In this document: one piece after another, positions 56,939 through 64,000 of the stretch | Position numbering within the stretch: the first letter of the stretch is position 1 | Layout: each line of letters opens with the position of its first letter | Sequence record: MN871445.1 | Direction: 5' to 3' (one strand) | DNA length: 64,000 nt | Notes under the pieces: generated by a model | Told to the model about the DNA's origin: nothing | What the model saw: only the letters and a program-made list of their open reading frames with translations | Database searches by the model: none | Position numbers and translations under genes: made by a program

Positions 56939-58609
56939 TTATTTTGCAGCCTGCGGCTTCAGGGCCACTTTAGCTGACATGCTGAGATAATCGATAAGTG
57001 TTGGAACAAACTTAGACATGTACTGTGCAGTTGTCTGCCCCGAGTTAGTGGCGTATACCGGCATCCAGATTGCGTAGTCTTTTAGGGCACGCAGGATATA
57101 CAGTAAGGCTGCATTGGGGTCTTCTACATTAATCCCTTTAGGATCTTTGATGAATTTGGCCAATACCCCGCCAATTGCCCCACCACCAATGATTGCTGGA
57201 AACGCCCAAATGTTGCTGGCTTTACCTGCAGCATCAAGAAATACCAATGCCCGATAACCAGCCGGAAGCCCTAAACCTTTAATGCCATTCAGCGCCAAAA
57301 CCCCTTTGCCGATAGATGTAAGTTGGATTACTTTCATGGCAACATCCGACCCTTTAATCACCCCATCGAGAACTGACATTTTTCCTGGGTCCAGTTCTAC
57401 CGAGCGAATTTCGCTAAACGAATCGGCTATTTTTTCGAAGGTGGCTAAGGTATCATCGTAGGAATCACCTACTTTGCGATAAGCACCCACCAGGGCATGG
57501 TAATTGGTGGTGGCACCAATAGCTGCATCGAGAATGGCTAAAGCCTGGGTTTTGGTTGCCGCTGGAATACCGGCCGGGATTTTACCCAATTTATTGGCTT
57601 TTGTTAAATCGAGTGTGCACTCACCCAGGGCCGAAATAATACCGCCACCGATTTTAACATTGTCTTTACTGTTCTTCAGATTTAATTGAGTGGACTCAAG
57701 CTGCATGCCACCAGGCAATATTCCCGAAGTTTCCACAACGTAATCGTGGTATTGCGTTCCACTAGTGGAACCATACCCAAGGCGCAGCAGCGCATCACGA
57801 CGTTCGGTTTCTTCATTCATCCACTGAACTACATCTTCCGGAGTGATGGTTGGAACGCCATCTTTGATCGCACTGAATGCTTTCAGGCGACCTTCTAATT
57901 CCGTTACGCCGGAAGTACTATAGGTGTGTGCGAAATCACCCAGTGCTTTTAGAGTATTGATGTACAGTTGGTCGGCCCGTGAAAAGTTCGGGTCGCCATA
58001 GTACAAGCCAGAAACCACAGAGCCTGAAAGTGTTTGTTCCCCACCTTCTGCTTCGATAGATAGCCACTGAGACCTTAGCTTTTTAAGTTTATCCAACATC
58101 TTCTCTTGAACTTTCTCTGAGTTAGAGAAAAAGTCACGCAGATGCCGCCCCATCTTATTAACTGCATTGGATACTCCGATTTCAATTTTCTTCAGAGACT
58201 CTTGCAGATTTTCCAGTGAGACGCATGTCTTTTCCAAATCAGTGACATTGTTGTCTTCAAGAGACGGACATAATACTAAGTCCATTGAGGCGCGACTGAG
58301 TTGGTCTTGGACACCATATTCGAGAGCCATCAGCGTTTGGGCATTGAGTCCGGTACCTGCCTCAAGGCTTTCCATAATCAACATACCGGTACGTTCTAAC
58401 GAGGTGCTAACGTTGGTTAGATCGGCGACATCACCTTGGGCCTGGCCCATACCTACGACTTCGCTGTTGGCCTGGTCAATTAACGTACTTAAATCGTGGT
58501 CAACCCCGATTTCAAGGGTCCCCGCATCTACATGCTCAGCGGGTAAAATAAGTTCAGCTGGTTCTTTTGGAGTAATATAATCGCTTACGCGACGCTGTGC
58601 GGTAGACAT
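56939..58609 (-). CDS. Inner head protein, phiKZ gp93/gp162-family paralog 4
   Basis: TSLE, PSLE, VSLENLQESLKKI...MGRHLRDFF; SGILPGG. Confidence 0.75.
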   Translation of the reverse strand: MSTAQRRVSDYITPKEPAELILPAEHVDAGTLEIGVDHDLSTLIDQANSEVVGMGQAQGDVADLTNVSTSLERTGMLIMESLEAGTGLNAQTLMALEYGVQDQLSRASMDLVLCPSLEDNNVTDLEKTCVSLENLQESLKKIEIGVSNAVNKMGRHLRDFFSNSEKVQEKMLDKLKKLRSQWLSIEAEGGEQTLSGSVVSGLYYGDPNFSRADQLYINTLKALGDFAHTYSTSGVTELEGRLKAFSAIKDGVPTITPEDVVQWMNEETERRDALLRLGYGSTSGTQYHDYVVETSGILPGGMQLESTQLNLKNSKDNVKIGGGIISALGECTLDLTKANKLGKIPAGIPAATKTQALAILDAAIGATTNYHALVGAYRKVGDSYDDTLATFEKIADSFSEIRSVELDPGKMSVLDGVIKGSDVAMKVIQLTSIGKGVLALNGIKGLGLPAGYRALVFLDAAGKASNIWAFPAIIGGGAIGGVLAKFIKDPKGINVEDPNAALLYILRALKDYAIWMPVYATNSGQTTAQYMSKFVPTLIDYLSMSAKVALKPQAAK

Positions 58610-58722
58610 AATTGTGTCCTTTATGGGTTGCGGGATTATAGGAGTAGGAAATAATGAGCGTCATATTTTACGGATGCTAGGCATTACATGTACAGAATGA
58701 CATCTTTTATTGAGGAAGCCTC

Positions 58723-60162
58723 ATGCGCGCGAATTTGGTAAACATGAATAATTATTTTCAAAAGAGTGAAGAGGTTAGACCTATTTGGAACCTGGGGTAT
58801 CCGTTTGATTGCATGTCTGGGGAGTATACCCAAGGCAAGCATGGTGAATCCATTTCCCTCGGTGGACTATGGCCGACAGTAGGTATTGGTGGGCCAGGTA
58901 ATACTAACAAATCCACACTATCACATCACTTTGTCCTGACAGTGATGGCCCGTTATATGGCTCAGGCCCTCAACTACGATACCGAAGCCAGTGCCTCACG
59001 TAATCGCTGGTATGGTCTAGCACAGCGTTTCCCTGAACTCTGCGGCGTAGATCTCATCGAAGAGAATCAGCTGATGCTGACCGATTCAACGATGATGTAC
59101 GGTAATGAATTTTTCGAAATGTACAAGAAGATGTCGGATGATAAAATAGCCGCTAAGAAAGACCTGCTATTAACGACACCAATTGTAGATAGTAAAGGTA
59201 AACAAATTACTATTGCGGCACCAACCGCCGTAGAGATTGATTCATTATCGATGTTTGGTGTGAAATCAGTCGAAGAAATGGCCGATAAATCTGAGCTGGG
59301 TGATTCTGGACGTAATACCATGGCGATGCGTTCCGCCGGGGTTAAAGCGCAGATGCTCCAAGAAATACCGGTGATTGTTAACCGAGCATCCATGCCGACC
59401 ATTTTTACGGCACACATCGGTAAAGAAATAAAAATTGACCCTTATGCACCGTCTGCTAAAAACCTGACGTATCTCAAAAATGGGATGAAATTTAAGCACA
59501 TCCCAGAAAACTTTACTTTCGTAGTCAATACTTGCTGGTACATTTTTGCTGTTGATATTCTCAAACATAAGGATGGTGGACCGGAATATCCTTCTGACAG
59601 CAAAGATAAATTTAAAGGTGACACTGATTTACAAGAAATCTTTGTTACAACCTTACGTAACAAAGGTATGATTTCCGGTATTCCTTTCAGTGTTGTCATT
59701 TCACAACGCGAAGGTGTTTTGCCTGAGCTTACTGCGCTTGTCGCATTGAAAGCAGGCGGTCGTTTTGGTCTTTGTAGTGATACTAAAAAACTGGATTTGG
59801 ATCTATACCCAGAGGTGTCATTGGACCGTGTAACCGTGCGCAGCAAAATCGATACCGATCATCGTTTGCGTCGTGCTTTTGAAATCACTGGCGAAATGCA
59901 GCAGATTTTTAACTTCCATGATAAACTCAATGCCAAATATCGCTGCACTCCAAAACAACTCCGCAAAGAGCTGGAAGAAAAAGGGTACGATTGGCAGCGC
60001 CTGCTGAACACTCGGGGTTATTGGATTCCGGATGAACACACGAGCGAATATGAATTCTTATCAACCATGGATTTACTCAAAATGCGAGTTGGTGAATATC
60101 ATCCATGGTGGTATGGCGATTTAAACAAAAAGACAGAATCAGAGCCCACTCTGAAAGTCTAG
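58723..60162 (+). CDS. uvsX: UvsX/RecA-like recombinase (phiKZ gp152-like)
   Basis: Variant Walker A GGPGNTNKST, YDTE, VEIDSLS, FTAH, LRNKG...SGIPF, SQREG. Confidence 0.88.
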   Translation: MRANLVNMNNYFQKSEEVRPIWNLGYPFDCMSGEYTQGKHGESISLGGLWPTVGIGGPGNTNKSTLSHHFVLTVMARYMAQALNYDTEASASRNRWYGLAQRFPELCGVDLIEENQLMLTDSTMMYGNEFFEMYKKMSDDKIAAKKDLLLTTPIVDSKGKQITIAAPTAVEIDSLSMFGVKSVEEMADKSELGDSGRNTMAMRSAGVKAQMLQEIPVIVNRASMPTIFTAHIGKEIKIDPYAPSAKNLTYLKNGMKFKHIPENFTFVVNTCWYIFAVDILKHKDGGPEYPSDSKDKFKGDTDLQEIFVTTLRNKGMISGIPFSVVISQREGVLPELTALVALKAGGRFGLCSDTKKLDLDLYPEVSLDRVTVRSKIDTDHRLRRAFEITGEMQQIFNFHDKLNAKYRCTPKQLRKELEEKGYDWQRLLNTRGYWIPDEHTSEYEFLSTMDLLKMRVGEYHPWWYGDLNKKTESEPTLKV

Positions 60163-60179
60163 ATTAAGGTATAATCATA

Positions 60180-60578
60180 ATGTCGAATACACTGGTCCCA
60201 GAAAGTTTGAGCCGGTACTTTATTAAGGCGACCCCCGCATCGTGGGGGGCTTTGCCCCTTAATCAAACGTACTATTTTGTATCATCCAGTTTAGATGCCT
60301 ATTTGACCGAGTTGGAGTTGATGGCCACTGAGCCAGATAACCACCCAACAACGCATGCGTCCATGGTGGTATTAAAAGATTGGATCGGTAATGTGACTCT
60401 CACTGAATTACAAAACCGTCTTGCTACACTGGAAACTAACTACGCCGAACTTCAGATCACTCGTCCTGAAGCGGCCATCCGTCAAACGGTCGCAACCAGT
60501 ATGCGACTAGCTGACCTGCAAAACCTTGGAGTGCGCCTTTATGGAAGCGGAACTGAACTGGGACTGTATTTGTCCTAA
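60180..60578 (+). CDS. Hypothetical protein
   Basis: AAGG SD, 132 aa, operonic. Confidence 0.65.
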   Translation: MSNTLVPESLSRYFIKATPASWGALPLNQTYYFVSSSLDAYLTELELMATEPDNHPTTHASMVVLKDWIGNVTLTELQNRLATLETNYAELQITRPEAAIRQTVATSMRLADLQNLGVRLYGSGTELGLYLS

Positions 60579-60582
60579 ACCC

Positions 60583-60864
60583 ATGGGTCAGCCATCGAGT
60601 GTAGATTTGGTGGCAACGGCTCTATTCGACGTCAATCCCGGCTTGGCTTACCAATGGGTGCGTGAATACCCAAAAACGATAGCTTCTGGTTCTTTGTCTA
60701 GTTTGGCACGATTGACGACATATTGGAAGCGCGTATTAGAATCAGCTGGTGAGTCCTCTGCCAGTGAATCCCTACGTCCAGACATGAAAGATGAAGAATG
60801 GTTATCATCATTTCACAACCACGTCATTCCGGTTTTGAAAAACAATCATCGGATTGTTCTGTAA
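60583..60864 (+). CDS. Hypothetical protein
   Basis: ATG at 60583 after the previous stop (ORF-track start 60526 overlaps); 93 aa. Confidence 0.6.
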   Translation: MGQPSSVDLVATALFDVNPGLAYQWVREYPKTIASGSLSSLARLTTYWKRVLESAGESSASESLRPDMKDEEWLSSFHNHVIPVLKNNHRIVL

Positions 60865-60919
60865 TGGTTTGCTAGCGACGATTCAATAGAGTCGTCGCAT
60901 CATCCATTGCGAGGTTATC

Positions 60920-61585
60920 ATGTCAAACAGAAAAGCAGCAGAAACCCTCATCCTTGATACTTTGGCTAAAATCGATAATAACGGACCTAATCGAGGTATT
61001 TGGACCAAGAAATTTTCAACTATGTCCGATGAAGCCTTTGAGGCTTTTATTGACGCCCTAGATTCCGGCGAACAAACATTACACATGTTTGTACCAAATA
61101 AATCGGAACACGGCGTAGACGCACTGCGCAATATTAAAATAGCCAAGGAATTGGGGCATGATTTCTTTGAACGTCTGTGGTTAACCGATGAACGTACGGG
61201 GAAAACATTTTTGACTCCCAAGAAGTACATGGTTATCGACATGATCGTTCGTCGACAAGAACAAACATTAGAAAAGAAAATCAGCATTCCAGATCACAAT
61301 CGCACTATCGACGATATGACTGGCCAACCCACCGGGGATTCTAAAGGCAGCGCAATCTCGTTCCCAGAATTTCAAATTTTAACTTCAAAAGACCTGGATA
61401 GATCAATCGAAGAATTATTTAAAGTTCGCGGTGGAGATGAAAAAGCATTCCGTGAACAAAATAGACTTATTCTTCAAACCGGCGAGGGGCCTTTAGATAC
61501 CCTAAAACAAACCCCTACTCGCGTAAGGTCTACTGAATCACTTAAGTGCATTTTACTGGCTATGCACATGGGTAACTCATTATGA
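60920..61585 (+). CDS. rpoB: Virion RNA polymerase beta subunit, C-terminal part (phiKZ gp149-like)
   Basis: YMV...RRQEQTLEKK...MTGQPTGDSKGSAISFPE...ELFKVRGGD parallels RpoB YMLKL...VTQQPLGG...EMLTVKSDD. Confidence 0.9.
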   Translation: MSNRKAAETLILDTLAKIDNNGPNRGIWTKKFSTMSDEAFEAFIDALDSGEQTLHMFVPNKSEHGVDALRNIKIAKELGHDFFERLWLTDERTGKTFLTPKKYMVIDMIVRRQEQTLEKKISIPDHNRTIDDMTGQPTGDSKGSAISFPEFQILTSKDLDRSIEELFKVRGGDEKAFREQNRLILQTGEGPLDTLKQTPTRVRSTESLKCILLAMHMGNSL

Positions 61586-62112
61586 TAACTGATGCACTTT
61601 CTTCCGAACACACTCGTCTAATGAGCGAGGCAATTGGCATTGCCACGCAATATTTTCATGAAGCCCTATCACAAGAGTTACTGGGTGAATACACCGCCGA
61701 CCAACAACAAAAAATTATACGTGATTGTCTTGGATTAGTCACTAATCCTACATGGTTTCAGGCGTTGAATGAAACTAACCTTAAGTCTTTATGGATGGCA
61801 ATACGTAGCAACCCACACACTGAAGCGGTAACATTATCTACGGCTCAAAGACTCAGGGTGTTTTATAACGAACAGACTTGGGGAGAAATTATATCCAGGT
61901 TAGCTTCCTCGACAAAAATCTTTACCCCAGCAAATAAAAAGTATAGTGTTTTCACCGAGGAAGAATTGGGGCGCATGGGTTGCGTCAATGCATTGGATTA
62001 TCTGGCTAATAATACCTGGGTAGTTCCACTCATGCTATTGAATCAAATCGAATACAGCGCACTGCTGTCAGATAAGACGCGGGTAATTTACAATAAATCC
62101 GTTAAGGGGTAA
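61582..62112 (+). CDS. Conserved hypothetical protein
   Basis: ATGA overlap; NNTWVVPLMLL. Confidence 0.7.
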   Translation: MITDALSSEHTRLMSEAIGIATQYFHEALSQELLGEYTADQQQKIIRDCLGLVTNPTWFQALNETNLKSLWMAIRSNPHTEAVTLSTAQRLRVFYNEQTWGEIISRLASSTKIFTPANKKYSVFTEEELGRMGCVNALDYLANNTWVVPLMLLNQIEYSALLSDKTRVIYNKSVKG

Positions 62113-62115
62113 ATC

Positions 62116-62862
62116 ATGGCCGGAGATCGTTTACTGGTTGATTTAGATTCTATCTTGGATTTTAGATTATCCACCCTGGCCATTCTCAATGACGAGTACG
62201 CCAGTACTTTAATTGGAAATCCAAAATATATTGATAGAACCAGAGATGATGAGTTCTATTTGGCTGGAGGTATTTCACATACCGAATACCTTATGACGTA
62301 TGGTAATCGAGGGATTGATTTCAAACACCACGTGGCCAAACCCACCGGTATTTTTATGTTGTTGGGTAAAATCATTTCTGAGCGTTTGGTTCGTTCTGAA
62401 GCACCTTTATCAGAACGAAAATTTTATATTGAAATAAATGTTTATCCATTTAGACTCAATGAGGATGCTTGCAGGTCTATCGCAAATGCAGTAGCCATTT
62501 ATCTGGATACACAACTCTACATCGAGACGGTATCCTATTCCCCAACCCAACTTACCCCCAACTTAATTCGCGATACTTATAGTGACGTTGTACTCTATGA
62601 TTTCAATGAGTGGTATGTCGCTAATCACTTAACCGTCCCGGGTATCTTCATGCCGGAAGTTAGGTTTCATACTCCGGCAATTGCCAGAGGTAAGCGAGTT
62701 AATGAAATGGACCAAGATATTTTGCGGGAAGTTGTCGATACCACGGGTTCACTGAACCCATTTGAAGTGACCATGTACGAGTTATCAGATAACTTGTCGC
62801 TTCGGTATGAAGACACCCGTTTCTTTACAATAGAAACTGCTTCCAAACCGGTTGGGGCATAA
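62116..62862 (+). CDS. Conserved hypothetical protein
   Basis: LLVDLDSILDFRL start (HAD-like DxD), INVYPFRL. Confidence 0.7.
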   Translation: MAGDRLLVDLDSILDFRLSTLAILNDEYASTLIGNPKYIDRTRDDEFYLAGGISHTEYLMTYGNRGIDFKHHVAKPTGIFMLLGKIISERLVRSEAPLSERKFYIEINVYPFRLNEDACRSIANAVAIYLDTQLYIETVSYSPTQLTPNLIRDTYSDVVLYDFNEWYVANHLTVPGIFMPEVRFHTPAIARGKRVNEMDQDILREVVDTTGSLNPFEVTMYELSDNLSLRYEDTRFFTIETASKPVGA

Positions 62863-62886
62863 GAGAGGGCAATTGCCCTCTCTATT
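62857..62886. terminator. Bidirectional terminator
   Basis: GCATA-AGAGAGGGC-AATT-GCCCTCTCT between convergent genes. Confidence 0.8.
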
Positions 62887-63292
62887 AGGAACGTGGGGTA
62901 AGGTCCATTTCGCCATCAGCAATATCGATTGCTGGAAGCTGTGATAAATCGGGAGTCGGAGCTTTTTCTGCCGCCGGCCTTGCTGATTTATCTTCGAACG
63001 GATTAACACCACCTAATCCGGCTGCAAATCTAGCAATCTCACGCGCCAATTGTTCATTCGCACTGACGCCCTGCTTATCGATGTCAAGCCGCATTTTGGT
63101 CAGCTCTTGTTTGCTCATATCACCGAGCAGTTTGATGAGCAAAGCTTGTTCTTTTGTATCCTGAGGCATCTTACCAGTAAACAGATAACTGGTGATTAAT
63201 TGCCTTTGAATATTCTCAGCAAAAGCCAGCCCGTTGGTGGTTTCCGGGATGGTTATTGTCATGTTCGGGTGGATCGATTCTTGTTCGGCCAT
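62885..63292 (-). CDS. Hypothetical protein
   Basis: 135 aa, AGGAG SD on the minus strand. Confidence 0.7.
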   Translation of the reverse strand: MAEQESIHPNMTITIPETTNGLAFAENIQRQLITSYLFTGKMPQDTKEQALLIKLLGDMSKQELTKMRLDIDKQGVSANEQLAREIARFAAGLGGVNPFEDKSARPAAEKAPTPDLSQLPAIDIADGEMDLTPRS

Positions 63293-63348
63293 AATGGAGG
63301 AACTCCTTGTAGAAAATAGGGTCTCTACACTATTACCTGCAACATACT

Positions 63349-63371
63349 AAAATAATTAACATCTATATTAC
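63349..63371 (+). promoter_or_regulatory. Early promoter candidate
   Basis: AAAATAATTAACATCTATATTAC. Confidence 0.7.
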
Positions 63372-63407
63372 TATTGAGACTGATTCATAGCGTATTGGGA
63401 CAACATC

Positions 63408-63923
63408 ATGTTACGTTGGATATGCCGATATAAACTGCGGAACATTCGTAATAAATACCAACGATTGGATGTCTTGGAGCGAACCTGGGCTACCGCAGAA
63501 GAGTATAACCGCTGGATAAAAATGCCTAATATTATCCAGGCATTTCCAAAGGGAGCCATTGTCCACAATGAAATTACTACGGCCTTTTTAAATGCCGTAC
63601 ATTACCACGATGCATTACTTCGCTGCGCCGCCCGCATCCGCGCTCGAGAATACATCGATATGGACGACAAGGTTTCAAAAACGAACAAGTATATTTTTGA
63701 TGATTGGATTGTGGATAATCGGGGATACGATGTGGATGTTGAACAACTCATCCGCATTATTTTCCCTACTATCCGCGAAGTCATTATAAACGTGGAGGCG
63801 TGTAGATTATCTCGACAAGACCTCTATGAATACTATCGAAACCAGCTCCGGTCTTATTTAGAGACCTATATTCACCTTGTCGATTTGGGGATGGAGTTGT
63901 ATCTTACTGGAGTACAGCGATGA
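63408..63923 (+). CDS. Conserved hypothetical protein
   Basis: 171 aa downstream of the early promoter motif. Confidence 0.7.
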   Translation: MLRWICRYKLRNIRNKYQRLDVLERTWATAEEYNRWIKMPNIIQAFPKGAIVHNEITTAFLNAVHYHDALLRCAARIRAREYIDMDDKVSKTNKYIFDDWIVDNRGYDVDVEQLIRIIFPTIREVIINVEACRLSRQDLYEYYRNQLRSYLETYIHLVDLGMELYLTGVQR

Positions 63924-64000
63924 CTCAGAATAAAAAATCTTCTGATGCAGAAATACAAAATGTGTTAAATACCGTTAATAGCGGATTTGAAACCAGCGGT
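63920..64000 (+). CDS. 3'-truncated hypothetical protein
   Basis: ATGA overlap at 63920; frame open to the window end. Confidence 0.5.
   Translation, partial: MTQNKKSSDAEIQNVLNTVNSGFETSG

Noticed and set aside
19510-61585. Introns or inteins in helicase, RNAP subunits or UvsX
   Set aside because: All read as single uninterrupted ORFs without LAGLIDADG, HNH or intein termini.
3334-62886. Recurrent GGGAGGGC-loop-GCCCTCCC sequences as CRISPR, REP or IS ends
   Set aside because: Dispersed singly at gene ends with no spacers, cas genes, transposase or target duplications.
1-64000. Chimallin, PhuZ, terminase or tail sheath genes
   Set aside because: Not recognised here; nucleus formation is inferred from lineage markers only.

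Overview
This window is a 64-kb segment of a phiKZ-related jumbo myophage (Chimalliviridae-like; chimallin and PhuZ genes are not in the window). An enterobacterial host is inferred from the tail-fibre tip and the codon bias of the capsid gene. Core genes recognised by motif are four inner-head (phiKZ gp93-family) paralogs, a DnaB-like helicase, the major capsid protein, two split RNA polymerase beta subunits (non-virion beta-N and virion beta-C), a probable portal, baseplate/tail proteins, RuvC, thymidylate kinase, two tail fibres plus chaperone, a GH108 endolysin with overlapping spanins, a central spike, SbcC, RNase HI and UvsX. Accessory content includes a divergent Tad1-like immune-signal sponge coupled to a P-loop kinase/HAD phosphatase fusion and to a structural operon, an early cluster of orphan paralogs with an exported transglycosylase and a tandem-HTH protein, an LRR-solenoid virion protein and a prion-like Q-rich protein. 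The non-coding DNA holds a family of two-tier hairpin terminators, TATTAC early and TATG late promoter motifs, and two distant homologous elements built from GNA-triloop mini-hairpins, one carrying a G-quadruplex motif. Family assignments come from manual motif recognition and recalled reference sequences; no searches were run.
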